DNA of 64,000 bases. Origin: Eledone cirrhosa. Lineage: Eukaryota. Every line of letters begins with the position of its first letter. The first letter of the stretch is position 1. The position numbers and the translations under genes were made by a program. Positions 16,473 through 29,784 of the stretch are shown here, piece after piece. A model generated the notes under the pieces. The model had not been told where the DNA came from. It ran no database searches and saw only the letters and a program-made list of their open reading frames with translations. The stretch lies in the NCBI GenBank assembly GCA_964016885.1, contig OZ024760.1, positions 10,912,001 through 10,976,000 of the forward strand. The letters are read 5' to 3'.

Positions 16473-16546
16473 GCTGTGATATATATTTCAGGGACGACAC
16501 TGGCCACACTGTTCTGTGTGCGAGTGTCATGTCATCATCAGACAGC
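16473..16546 (-). ncRNA. Type I hammerhead ribozyme motif
   Basis: GCTGT-CTGATGA-[..GACACT..AGTGTC..]-GAAA-TATATA-TC-ACAGC. Confidence 0.75.
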
Positions 16547-16978
16547 TTGTTACATAATAAGGTTATGTTTCCGAGGCAATCCAAATTGGGTCGACAAGGG
16601 AACGGATGAATTGCGTGTTCTTGGGTTTTTCATCCGCTCCCTTGTGAGTACCAACACACACACACATATATGTATACAGCTATAACTATATACATAAATG
16701 TGTATATATATATGTATATATAGACACATATATACATATGCTTATATATGTTCTATATATGTATCTATGGTGTGTGGTGTGTGTGTGTGTGTGTGTGGGA
16801 GCATTTGAGAGTGTGTGCATATATGAATGTAAATATATATATATGTACGTACATAGATATAACTATATATATATGTGTGTGTATATGTTTATGTGTATGT
16901 ATGTATATGTTTATATATATGACTATATATATATATATATATATTTAAAAGAATAGAGGTGTAACACACGAGTTATGA

Positions 16979-17210
16979 TATATTGGTAAAAGGAAAAGAA
17001 AATGCTGACAAATTGTTCCCAGTGAAAAATAGTTTAACTAGGAATAAGTAAAAATTAGTAATAAGTATTGGTTAGTATTCAGATTAGTAATAAGTATTGG
17101 TTAGTATTCAGCTGAATACTAACCAATACTTATTACTAATTTTTACTTATTCCTAATTAAACTATTTTTCACTGAGAACAATTTGTCAGCATTTTCTTTT
17201 CCTTTTACCA

Positions 17211-17215
<5 letters not shown>
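16979..17215. repeat. Fold-back (~103-bp arms) with 29-bp tandem duplication at the turn
   Basis: Centre TTCAG|CTGAA at 17111/17112. Arms have two mismatches. Confidence 0.9.
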
Positions 17216-17242
<27 letters not shown>

Positions 17243-17661
17243 CCAGGGACTGTAACGCAAAGTTATTGTAGGTTCACCCAGAATCACCCAGAGTCGGGGC
17301 AACCAACCAACCGGAAATTTATAATAAATTGAAGTGAAAGCCAACAGGTGCGTGTATTTTTAACAATATCTGCTTCAACACATAGATAAGAAATCTTGCA
17401 AAACAAATTCAAAAACGCAATATATATATATAAATGAATAAAAACAATGAATAAAAACAATGAATAAAAACAATGAATAAAAACAATGAATAAAAACAAT
17501 GAATAAAAACAAAAAAATTCATCATTTTACGATCGTTTCTAGGATATATATGTGTGTTGGTATGTATATCATATAGATCTATGTAAAAATATTACAAACA
17601 GCGGTAACAAATGATTAGAGAACGCTATTGTTGTACCGACATTTTAAAATAGATAGTCTCC

Positions 17662-17696
<35 letters not shown>

Positions 17697-17700
<4 letters not shown>

Positions 17701-17888
17701 AAGTATGACCCCGGCGGCAGAGATCAAGCCGTTTCGACGGCTATTTCGGTCCAGAAATAGCCGTCGAAACGGCTTGAGCTCTGCCGTCGGGGTCATACTT
17801 TTTCCTATTTCCCACTCTACTACCCTAAGTATTGAGTACTCTGGTGCGTTATGGTCCATCTGGTTCCTTACCACAATTCCTTTGTTAT
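17697..17888 (+). mobile_element. Family F (TA)n-embedded element with half-hammerhead and fold-back
   Basis: GAAA-CGGCTTGAGCTCTGCCG-TC-GGGG at 17766-17792. Other copies at 18540-18685, 39980-40190, 48432-48630 and 60053-60255. Confidence 0.7.
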
Positions 17889-17896
17889 CATGATAT

Positions 17897-18477
17897 GTAA
17901 CATGTATCCCAGTACAACCTGTCTCATGGTCGGGTCGTTGGCGACTAAACTGGCAACCCCACCAAGGTTTCTTGGTGAGGAGGGTGACTTTGGACATCCT
18001 GCATGACTAAAAACAAAACCTGTCAAAGGGCAAAGGAGCTCTTAAGAGTCAATGGCCATCCAAAATCACCGGGAGAGATGACCCCTTAGCCTTTGTCAAG
18101 GCAGAATTCTAGGAGAAAGAAAACTGATATAACACCTGCAACCCTAATGGTATCCAATGATGTTGACTTGTTCTTTTTGGTAAATATCATCTTGGTTAAG
18201 AGAGTGGGACTGGCTTTGTGCAGTGCCTTTGCTCACTATAAAAGCTTCATGGCACAGGAATTGCTTTATGTCTGGAGATCTCTCTGCACTTGTCGTCACA
18301 TGGTACCATGGGCCCAGCACTGTGTCAATAATTGTCACAAGTGTAGTGATTGTACCAGAGTTTTCAAGTCGCTGGCTGGACTAAAAAGTCACACTCGTTC
18401 AGCACATCGGTAGGGATTCTCCTACATGGATATAAAGTAGTGGCCGTACTCGAAAACGAGTTGGCAGCCACCATATT
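17897..18477 (+). mobile_element. Short RTE-derived element ending in a C2H2 zinc finger, with 9-bp TSD
   Basis: Encodes HKCSDCTRVFKSLAGLKSHTRSAHR-stop. TCATGATAT occurs at 17888-17896 and 18478-18486. Confidence 0.65.
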
Positions 18478-18690
18478 TCATGATATAAGGTCATTTCTAA
18501 ATATATAATAAGGATGTATGTGTATATATATATATATATATAACAAAGGAATTGTGGTAAGGAACCAGATGGACTATAACGCATCAGAGTACTCAATACT
18601 TAGGGTAGTAGAGTGGGAAATAGGAAAAAGTGTAACCCCGACGGCAGAGCTCAAGCCGTTTCGACGGCTATTTCTGGACAGAAATACTTT

Positions 18691-18765
<75 letters not shown>

Positions 18766-19000
18766 ATATATATATATATAATATATATATATATATAGAG
18801 AGAGAGAGAGTGAGAGAGAGAATTTAGAAGTGACACATGAGTTGATATACATAAAATAGTAAAAAAGAAAAAAAATAGTAGAAAATGCTATATATATATA
18901 TATATATATATTTTCACTACCAAATCAACTTTTTTAAAAGGAAGTTGCATTCTCAAAAGGTATGTCACTAATTATTTATAAAACAGCTTATGTATTGTAT

Positions 19001-19060
19001 TTTGTCTGAGGAAGGCATAACATATTTTTAATATGATATCCCAGAAATATATATAACGAA
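19001..19060 (+). ncRNA. Type I hammerhead ribozyme motif
   Basis: TTTGT-CTGAGGA-[..CATAT..ATATG..]-GAAA-TATATA-TA-ACGAA. The 3' flank is shared with 55050-55112. Confidence 0.7.
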
Positions 19061-19104
19061 ATAAATATGGTTTTATAAATATAGTTTCCATTTGTTTAAT
19101 ATCG

Positions 19105-19135
<31 letters not shown>

Positions 19136-19152
19136 GTATATATATGTATATA

Positions 19153-19216
<64 letters not shown>

Positions 19217-19278
19217 CTTTATACTTTCACTCGTGTAGGACACCTCGGTTATTTTTCATTTTGTAAAAAAAACCTCAC

Positions 19279-19320
<42 letters not shown>

Positions 19321-19789
19321 AATGTCTGGATTTTAACAAAAGAAACACGTAACCATTATTCGAATTTAGATATGTAGAATAGAAAGGTATTCCATATTTT
19401 TTTAGTGCTTCAACATACGCCATCTTTGTCTAAAAATCCGAACTTAAGTAAATCTAAGTGCATCAATGTATAAACCAATTGTACCAGCTTCTGTATTAAT
19501 ACAGAAACCAGTTGCAGCTTTAATTATAGCTAGAAACGCATGTATTTATAACAAACTTAAAGGAGATAATAGTTTTTAAGGCTGTTGTATTTAATTGTTA
19601 TATTTTTAAAGATTTATGTCTTTCTTTTTAAGAAAAAAAATACATTTGTTCTTAAGTGTTTTCTTCTTAACAATTTGGAAGGAAAGTTCTCGCATGCCGG
19701 GTACGTGACTCTCTGCAACTGTATCATAGCAACACAGGATAACATGGTACTTTTTGTACACGATGTATTTCCTAAATATACCAACGATG

Positions 19790-19850
19790 TGTATTTGGTG
19801 CAGACTTTGAATGGTATCTTTCAACATTGTACTTTCCGTTGAAATGTATA

Positions 19851-19919
<69 letters not shown>

Positions 19920-20005
19920 AAATTTCGCTCTACATGGTTGAATACATATTTGGTGCAGACTTTGAATGGTATCTTTCATCATTGTACTTTCCGTTGAAAT
20001 GTATA

Positions 20006-20062
<57 letters not shown>

Positions 20063-20207
20063 AAATTTCGCTCTACATGGTTGAATACATATTTGGTGCA
20101 GACTTTGAATGGTATCTTTCATCATTGTACTTTCCGTTGAAATGTATATATTTATATATATAAATATAAAAACTCAGATTACATTTATTGTATTCAGCCA
20201 TGTAGAG

Positions 20208-20250
<43 letters not shown>

Positions 20251-20368
20251 AGAACATTTCGCTCTACTTATATATATAAATATATACATTTCAACGGAAA
20301 GTACAATGATGAAAGATACCATTCAAAGTCTGCACCAAATATGTATTCAACCATGTAGAGCGAAATTT

Positions 20369-20375
<7 letters not shown>
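19790..20375. repeat. Chimeric ~95-bp unit repeated directly and inverted between (TA)n runs
   Basis: AAAAGAAAATTTCGCTCTACATGGTTGAATACA-TATTTGGTGCAGAC..GAAATG occurs at 19914 and 20057, and inverted at 20285-20374. Confidence 0.85.
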
Positions 20376-20417
<42 letters not shown>

Positions 20418-20424
<7 letters not shown>

Positions 20425-20827
20425 AAATTTCGCTCTACATGGCTGAATACAATAAATGTAATGCGAGTTTTTCGAATATTAATAGTAACATTCGATTCGT
20501 TTGCAATTATGCAAACAAGCCTCAATTTTATAGCCATGTCAGTAGAATGAACACTTCATTTTTGCTCTTGTGTTGGCATGCGAACAGAACTGCAGACACT
20601 AATGCTTCTGGGTTTCACCCTTCATCAGTACAGCTCACTGTTCACCTGCCAAACTGTCAGAGCTAGTGAAAATATATGATATTTTCAAAAATACACAGTG
20701 ACTGATCACAAGCGCAAGAATGAAGTGTTCATTCTACTGACATGGCTATAAAATTGAGGCTTGTTTGCATTATTGCAAACGAATCGAATGTTATTATTAA
20801 TATTCGAAAAACTCACATTACATTTAT

Positions 20828-20830
<3 letters not shown>
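20418..20830 (-). mobile_element. Fold-back element enclosing a hammerhead
   Basis: Arms 20451-20572 and 20707-20828. Motif at 20590-20633 (-): CTGTA-CTGATGA-aGGG tgaaa CCCa-GAAG-CATTAGTG-TC-TGCAG. Confidence 0.7.
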
Positions 20831-20859
<29 letters not shown>

Positions 20860-20860
<1 letters not shown>

Positions 20861-21698
20861 TAGAAAGATCGAGTATCGAAAAATCGGCGCACGAGTTCAC
20901 GATAAACAATATTCGAAATGAGCGGCAGAGGGCTCAATAATTCAGATGAATCAGAGCTATAACTATCGTTAAAATACCGTCACACATAGAACAAGTCTAC
21001 AATCAACCATACGATAAAAAATCGATAATAGAAGATTCGGGACAAACAGATAAAAAATATCAATAAAACAATACATCAATAATTTAAATGAATGTAAAAT
21101 CATACCCGGACCCACTAGAAAGGTGTTAAATCTAGCTTCTTGGGTTTCTGTAAATCCTTAGACTGTACTCTATCAGCTCACATATAAATATATAAGACTA
21201 CTAGAGCAAGAGGAATGGAGTTTACTTCATCAACGAGCTTTTTCCTAGCGGATAAGGGGCTAACCACAAGCGAAATACGCACATGGCATTCGACAAGGGA
21301 GATAACCTCTACATCCGCGAAAACTATTCGAGGAAATGTGGAAATACACATATCGAATAAGAGTGCTCAATAGACATGTTAAAATAAAACAAAAGCTATT
21401 CATCACTCAATAGAATCGACAAAAAATGAGCAATAAAATTAACTGGTGGATAGCTATGTCCAGAGCTAAAAATATTAGAAAGATCGAGTATCGAAAAATC
21501 GGCGCACGAGTTCACGATAAACAAAATTCGAAATGAGCGGCAGAGGGCTCAATAATTCAGATGAATCAGAGCTATAACTATCGTTAAAATACCGTCACAC
21601 ATAGAACAAGTCTACAATCAACCATACGATAAAAAATCGATAATAGATAAAAAATATCAATAAAACAATACATCAATAATTTAAATGAATGTAAAATA
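20860..21698. mobile_element. (TA)n-embedded element with ~230-bp direct terminal repeats (614-bp period)
   Basis: ATTAGAAAGATCGAGTATCG.. occurs at 20860 and 21474. The second copy has a small deletion. Confidence 0.7.
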
Positions 21699-21706
21699 TA
21701 TATATA

Positions 21707-22128
21707 CTTAAGGTAAATATTGATGTAATTCAATTCAAGCACTCAACGTGCTTTTTCCACATAAGAATGACGGAGTATATTTAGAATAAGAAAATGCGAA
21801 GTAGTTTAAGATGTTAAAGTCCTTTATTGATAATGCTGTGATACATATTTCAATGACGGCAGCGGCCGCACGATTCAGTGTACCCACATAATAAGGTTAT
21901 GTTCTCGAAGCAATCCAAATTGAATCGACAAGGGAACGGACAAAGCGGGTGTTCTTGTATCCTTGCCCGTTCCCTTGTCGATTCAGTTTGGATTGCCTCG
22001 GGAATTATGTAAGAAGCTGTCTGATGAGGTCACGGCACTGGGTACACCGTAGCGTGGGTCCACTGTCGTCATTGAAATATGTATCACAGCATTATCATTA
22101 AAGGACTTTAACATCTGAAACTACTTCG
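21707..22128. mobile_element. Fold-back Penelope-like fragment
   Basis: About 21796-21941 is inverted at 21967-22129. Confidence 0.7.
22016..22090 (+). ncRNA. Type I hammerhead ribozyme motif
   Basis: GCTGT-CTGATGA-[stem II]-GAAA-TATGTA-TC-ACAGC. Predicted cut after 22085. Confidence 0.75.
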
Positions 22129-22355
22129 CCCCCCCCCCCCACACACTCTCTCTCTATGTATATATATATATTTCTGAAGACGGCGGGTAGTGAAGACGTA
22201 TGTATATTTTCTTAGTATGATGTTTTGTTTTGTAATATATTTTGACATAGATCAATAATAGAATGGACATACGGGGAACTACCCCCCAGAAACGATCGTA
22301 AAATAATGAGTTTTACTATGAATTAACCGTTTTTTGTTTAATTTCATTGTTTTAA

Positions 22356-22411
<56 letters not shown>

Positions 22412-22502
22412 TGGAAGCTTAGTAAAATCGAAGCTTTGGCTGCGACCAAGCAAAGCGACCTACAATTAGGAATGAGTAGCAAAGCACTGATAACTATATC
22501 AC

Positions 22503-22548
<46 letters not shown>

Positions 22549-22606
22549 ATGCTTTGGGAGGGTCATGTTGCCAATAAGAATTTTGCTAAACAAATTCAGA
22601 AACGAA

Positions 22607-22665
<59 letters not shown>

Positions 22666-22736
22666 GGAGGTGAGTTTGTTGATTTAAAAGTGCACTATCC
22701 ACAAGTGTTTTTTAGCCTTCATATCATGTTCTCCTG

Positions 22737-22803
22737 TTTTATCTGATGAAAACACAAATATTATTGCATGATGATATTTGTTTTTGAAATGCGCATAATA
22801 AAA
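22737..22803 (+). ncRNA. Type I hammerhead ribozyme motif
   Basis: TTTTAT-CTGATGA-AAACACAAATAT..ATATTTGTTTTT-GAAA-TGCGCA-TA-ATAAAA. Confidence 0.85.
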
Positions 22804-22848
22804 TACATGGAACTCCTTTAACCATCTTTTGATCTTATATATTATATA

Positions 22849-22898
<50 letters not shown>

Positions 22899-23327
22899 TG
22901 TGATGGGGTATGGTGGTGGTGGGGTTTTGTGGGATGGGGTATGGTGGAGTATGGCTAGTGTGGAGTGGTGTGGGGTGATGTATGGCGCAATGGTGCGGCG
23001 GTGGTGGAGGGGTGTGGTGTGGTCTGGAGTATGGTGGGGTATGGCGGAGGTGGTGTGGTGTGGTTTATAGTGGAATGGTGGAGTGGGGTTGAGTATGGTG
23101 GGGGTTGGGTGGAGTATGGTGGGGGTTGGGTGGAGTAATGGCGGATTGAGGGAGAGTTGGATGTGGAATGGTGTGTGGTGGTGCTGGAGTGGTGGGTGGT
23201 AGAGTCACGTGGGGTGGTGAAGTGGAATGGGTTGTGACTGGGGTAGAGTGGGGTGTGGTGGTGGAATCTGATTAGGCTTGTGTTGTAATCTCTGCTGCGA
23301 TTTATCAAATAATTCTACCGTTGTATA

Positions 23328-23646
23328 GCAATGATGATGATGATGACAACAACAACAACAACAACAGCAACAACAGCAACCACAACAACAGCAGCAACCA
23401 CAACAACAACAACAGCAACAGCAACAACAGCAACCACAACAACGACAACAGCAACAACAGCAGCAGCAGCATCAACAGCAGCAACCACAACAACAACAAC
23501 AGCAACAGCAACAACAGCAACCACAACAACAACAACAGCAACAGCAACAACAGCAGCAGCAGCATCAACAACAGCAACCACAACAACAACAACAGCAGCA
23601 TCAACAACAACAACAGCAGCAGCAACAGCCGCAACAACACCAACAA

Positions 23647-23678
<32 letters not shown>

Positions 23679-23715
23679 ACAACGACAACAGCAGCAACAA
23701 CAACAACAACAACAA
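23328..23715. repeat. (CAA/CAG)n triplet tract forming the tail of a SINE at 23717-23848 (-)
   Basis: Read directly. Confidence 0.85.
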
Positions 23716-24954
23716 GGGTTTCTGGTTTAAGCACAAGGCCAACAATTTTGGGGGGAGGAGAAAGTCGATTAAATCGAACCCAGTACATTACTGGTACTTT
23801 TATTTTATCGACCCCGTATGGATGAAAGGCAAAGTTAACCTCGGCAGGGTTATATACACACATACACACACACACACACACATACACACATACACACTCA
23901 CATACCCGACCTCCTGCACAGGCACACACTCTCCCCCACACTCCTCCTATCCCTCACACTCTCCTTGCACATACTCCCGCTATACATTTCCGACTTCCCC
24001 ACCCCACCACCACCACGCACACCCCACTCCCGTCCTTCCCCACCCCACCACCGCCACACACCACACTCCCGTCCTTCACCACCCCACCACATAACCTCCC
24101 CCCACACCACATAACATCCCCCCTCCATCACCTCTCACCACCATCACCACACCCCCCTCTCCCGTCCTTCCCCACCCCACCATATAACCTCCCACCACCA
24201 TCACCACACACCCCTCTCCCGTCCTTCCCCACCTCACCATATAACCTCCCACCACCATCACCCCCACTCCCGTCCTTCCCCACCCCACCACCACACCACC
24301 TCCACCATGACCCCCCCCCCTCCATTGCTATATCCGTGTGAAACAAAACTATTGGAATGATGGATGTTCTTGTGTTAATAATTATTATATCGATCAGATC
24401 GATATTTGCTTGATACACATTAGCTGATCAATTCTCTAAATACCTCTATCATAATTACAACTATTAACGTTGCTCTCTCTCTCTTACCCCCCCCCCCCCC
24501 CACCCCACCGTGTGATATCTCTCACTTTCACTCTCTCTTTCTTCCGTTACTCTCCCTAATATCTCTCTTACCCCCCCCCGACCGCGTGATATCTCTCACA
24601 CACACACTCTCTCTTCCGTTACTCTCCCTAATATCGCTCCCCCCTCACACCCACCGTGTAATCTCTCTCTCTCTCTCCCCCTCTCTCTCTTTCATTACTC
24701 TACCCCTCACCGTTCTCTCTCTCTATATATCTCTATCTCTCTCTTCCATTAGTTTGCGCAAACTAAGCACACAACACACAAAAACAAGATGGTGTAGGAC
24801 TGAATAAAGGAGAGACGCACAAAATAAAAACCCAGTCACTTAGGAGGCCACGGAAAAGGTGACGAAAGAGATTTGACAATATATAAACAACCTTCCAGTT
24901 ATCGAACCAACCAACCGGAAATTTATACAACAACACCCTTAATGGTATCTTCTG

Positions 24955-25018
<64 letters not shown>

Positions 25019-25019
25019 T

Positions 25020-25300
25020 TTTTTTTGGTCGTTTTAGAAGCCTCAACAATACAGATGGGTAATTCTCCGGGTAACAAGATCCGGTGGTGAAGAGAGAGAT
25101 GTAAGGGAATGTAGAATGAGATGTATAGTGTGTAGAGGAACGTAGGAAAGAGCGTAAAAATTAAAAATAATAACACCAGATAGAGTTACCTTGGGAGAGA
25201 TTTAATTGTCCCTATATTTCGGATTCGCATTCATCAACTGGGAGGTTTTCCGGGGGGGTATCTGTCGGAGAGGAACGGTACGTGGCCTCTGTTGTCCGGT
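25020..25300 (-). mobile_element. Microsatellite-embedded element (homologue of 60510-60750)
   Basis: Shares CTCCGGGTAACAAGATCCGGTGGTG..GAGTTACCTTGGGAGAGATTTAAT. A decayed hammerhead-like TTGATGA..CCGAAATATA lies at about 25208-25245 (-). Confidence 0.6.
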
Positions 25301-25312
25301 GTTTGTGTGTAA

Positions 25313-25411
<99 letters not shown>

Positions 25412-26051
25412 TGTGTGTGTGTTTAATATAGAAATGGCTTCTACAGGACTAGAACTGTTTCATTCGAAGGAAATCACCAGGAAATATGATATTAAATATT
25501 TATACTCTGCCATGTATTGAGTACCTTACTTACTATGGTTACCCCGATTGAACCCGGGATACACACACACGCGCGCGCGTGTGCCAGTGTGTATGTGCGT
25601 GCGTGCATGTGTGTGCGTGCGTGCATGTGTGTGCGTGTTTGTGTCTGTTTGCACGGAACTCTTACGTCAGACTCGGGCCAACATGTTTCATACGTTCGGA
25701 ACCCGGTCACCCTTAATACTCGCATCGCACTCATTACCGTTCTTAGAACACTCGGTAGTTTGGTTTCACACATCGCTGAATAATTTGCCTAAAGCAAGTC
25801 AACTGAATCAAAGGTGTTTACCAATAACTGTTGCTGGAACCAACGAAGCAGACGAAATAAAAGAAATGTCGACTGATGATGGAATCTTTTATTTTTATTT
25901 ATTATTATTTTAATTTTGTTATTTTATTTTTTTATTGTGAAGGATTTTGCAATTTTCTGTCCTATTCCACAACTCTGGATCTTCAACAACAATTAACGTC
26001 AAATTATGTAATAACTACATCGACATAACTGCAATCATTTTAACAATAGAA

Positions 26052-26097
<46 letters not shown>

Positions 26098-26103
26098 TAA
26101 TAA

Positions 26104-27436
26104 TTGTTTCTTTCTACGTTTGGCACAAGGCCAGCAATTACCCAGTGCACTACTGGTACTTTATTTTATCGACCCCCGTAAGGATAATGAAAGGCAAAAT
26201 TAACCTCGGCGGGATTTGAACTCAGAATGGCAAGGGCCGTAACTCTATGCGTCAAAGCATGGCGTCCGACCCTCTACCGATACTGCCAATCCACCACCCT
26301 AATTAATAAATATAAATAATGGTTTCTTGGCCACAAACAAGGGCTAACATAAAGAAAAACATTCCAGACGGCACACAACGGTACCGGACGATAGAAAGCG
26401 GGGTTTGGCCGTGTAAAAAAGTTCTAACAAGACAGAAACGTGTAAAAACAAATTAAAAAATTCAAACAATAAAAATTCCCCAAAAAGGGGGAAGCCTCCG
26501 AGGGTCACTCGTGGTGAAAACCACACAAAAGACCACGGCCACCCTGACCACCAGGGCAAGCGTCCTCTCCCAGTTTTCCCACTCCTCAGTCTCCAGGCGC
26601 ATACTTCAGAGCGGGCCCGTTCACTCGGACCAGACTCGCCAATTTCACCCACCTTTCAACAAACTTACTGGAAGACACCACTTGCCTCTCCACCTTCATT
26701 TTCCTCTTCAAGTTAATAATAGCAATAATAATAACAATAAAAATAATAATGATAATTGTAACAATAATAGTAATAATTAAATAATAATTGTTTCTACTTT
26801 AGGCACAAGGCCAGCTATTACCCAGTGCATTACTGGTACTTTATTTTATCAACCCCGTAAGGATGAAAGGCAAAGTCAACCTCGGCGGGATTTAAACTCG
26901 GATCGTAAAGGGACGTAACTATGCTGGAAAGCATGGCGTCCGACCCTCTACCAATACTGCCAATAATGATTTCATTTATTGGTCACAAAGGCCGACATAT
27001 AGGGGACAATACAAAAGACTGGGACAGTGGGGCCGACATATAGGGGACAATACAAAAGACTGGGACAGTGGGGTTTTACAGAAAAAAGGATGGGAAAAGG
27101 TAAAAAAAAAATCGAAAAAAATATGATGAAAAAAGGAAAAGGAAGAAAAAAGATGAAAAAGATTTTAAAATATGAAAAAAAAGAAGAAAAATAGAAAAGT
27201 GATAAAAAGGAGGAAAAAAGAAAGCAATTGTTTCTATTCTTGGCACAAGGCCAGCAATTACCCAGTGCATTACTGGTACTTTATTTTATCGACCCCCGTA
27301 AGGATGAAAGGCAAAGTTAATCTCAATAAAAATAATTGTTTCTACTTTAGGCACAAGGCCAGCAATTACCCCAGTACATTACTGGTACTTTATTTTATCG
27401 ACCCCGTAAGGATGAAAGGCAAAGTTAACCTCGGCA
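26104..27436 (-). mobile_element. Head-to-tail chain of Meta-like SINEs and Tx1-like LINE 3' ends
   Basis: SINEs at 26104-26300, 26787-26963, 27226-27325 and 27335-27436. LINE ends at 26315-26712 (KRKMKVERQV.SSSKFVERWV) and 26965-27080. Confidence 0.8.
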
Positions 27437-27939
27437 ATAATAATAACACACAGCCACACAACCACACACAGCCACACAGCGCCACACATAGGCACACAAA
27501 CACACACAGCAACACACAGCCACACACAGTCACACACACACATATCTACCGGAAGTGTAGTGTCACATAAACACATGACCGTTACATGACGTCATATCTT
27601 GAAAGGTTTTTCATTCTTTCTTCTTCTTACATACATCTAGCTATGCAAAATGTAGAACATAACTTAGCTGTAAACTAAGTATTAAACAAGAAAGAAGCGA
27701 TCTAGTACTTAAGCTCTAGTTATGCGCCCGACAATATATCGATTATGTCGCATTTCTGTCAAATCTATACACCTGATCGACAGTTTCCCCCCCGACCTCC
27801 ACAGCTCTCATCCCCAAACGCCATTAATGTAAAACGCCTTTCAATCGGATAAAAAATAGTTAGAGCTAAAATAATACCTAATGTCGCTTGTAGAAGAGAC
27901 TGCCTTGAGATTGATGGGGAAAATATCGCCGTTGTTAAG

Positions 27940-27949
<10 letters not shown>

Positions 27950-27986
<37 letters not shown>

Positions 27987-28560
27987 GCATACATGCACAA
28001 ATGCATATATGTATATATGCATTTACATACTTATATACACGTCTATATAAGTACGAACGCACATGTATATATATATATATTTAAACACATACATACACAT
28101 AGATACATACATACATATACACACACATACACACACATTATATATATATATATAGATAGATACGTACACACACACACACACATATATATGCATACATGCA
28201 CACATACATGCACAAATGCATATATGTATATATGCATTTACATACTTATATAAATGTCTATATAAGTACGAACGCACATGTATATATATATATTTAAACA
28301 CATACATACACATAGATACATACATACATATACACACACATACACACACATTATATATATATATATAGATAGATACGTACACACACACACACACATATAT
28401 ATGCATACATGCACACATACATGCACAAATGCATATATGTATATATGCATTTACATACTTATATAAATGTCTATATAAGTACGAACGCACATGTATATAT
28501 ATATATTTAAACACATACATACACATAGATACATACATACATATACACACACATTATATA
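27950..28560. repeat. ~213-bp tandem repeat of microsatellite-rich unit (about 2.8 copies)
   Basis: GTCTATATAAGTACGAACGCACATG recurs three times. Confidence 0.85.
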
Positions 28561-28658
28561 TATATAGATAAAGTACCAGTAATGCACTGGGTAATTGCTG
28601 GCCTTGTGCCTAAAGTAGAAACAATTATATATATATAGATAGATACGTACACACAAAC

Positions 28659-28732
<74 letters not shown>

Positions 28733-29160
28733 CACAGATACGTACACACAAACACACACACACATATATATATACACACACATACATACATACATATACA
28801 TACATACACATACGTAGATACATGTACACACACACACACACATACGTATATACATAGATAGATAGATATCAACATGATACTGGTAGAATAATTCGCATTT
28901 CAAAGCATCGGTCTAGTGTATAGCAAACATAGCAACAGATGCTGGGGAGCTGTTTAATGTTAAACAGCAACACTGTGGACAGTAAGAAAAACAAAACATA
29001 ATGATCTGGTACATCTTTTACTGGGGGACAACATAAGACACTTCACCGTTGCTATCTCAACACCTGGCATGCAGCCATGTAACTTTGTTTGTTTGTTAAA
29101 CAACACCGGCTCGTTCTTCACAAGAGGGATTCACACAGTCACAGAAGATAACACGGTGTT

Positions 29161-29220
<60 letters not shown>

Positions 29221-29410
29221 TGAAGAATAACATGGTCGACTGTAGAAAAAGAGTTTTATTTACAGTATTAACAGTTGTTTCATTGATCAGGTGAGTCTAA
29301 AGGCCGCTGATCACTCGGCCTTTAGCTTCACATGTATAAAGCTATGTTTTAACGGCATGTAACTCTTTCATTAATTATTTTGTCTATATATATATATATA
29401 TGTGTGTGTG

Positions 29411-29748
29411 AATGAAGTAATTCCGTCGGAAAAGTCCAGGAAAAAAGAGTGCTCTATGTAGGTAACAGAGCTTAATAGTTATGTAATAAACAACATAAGG
29501 CAATTATTCCATTTACCAGTGGTTTCTTAAAAGCAAAGAATTTTGCTTTCAATCCTCAGAATGAAAAAAATCCTGGTCTGTTTATTGAATTTGGATTTTA
29601 AAAAACAAAAACCTTTTTCATTTTTGTTTTTTAAAATCAAAATTCAATAAATAGACCAGGATTTTTTCATTCTGAGGATGGAAAGCAACATTTTTTGCTT
29701 TTAAGAAACCACTGGTAAATGGAATAATTGCCTTATGTTGTTTATTAC

Positions 29749-29752
<4 letters not shown>
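29411..29752. mobile_element. Fold-back element with mirrored hammerheads
   Basis: Arms 29479-29611 and 29621-29752. Motif at 29666-29723 (+): TTCATT-CTGAGGA-..AAAGCAA..TTGCTTT..-GAAA-CCACTGG-TA-AATGGA. Confidence 0.8.

Positions 29753-29777
<25 letters not shown>

Positions 29778-29784
<7 letters not shown>

Larger units (their letters stand above)
16141..16650 (-). mobile_element. Hammerhead-bearing Penelope-like fragment interrupted by a SINE
   Basis: Homologous to 21707-22128. Flanked by (TA)n and (CA)n. Confidence 0.65.

Noticed and set aside
25435-25490. Hammerhead-like CTGGTGA-TTC/GAA-GAAAC..GTC (-)
   Set aside because: The core is altered and I find no stem I pairing, so it was not counted.
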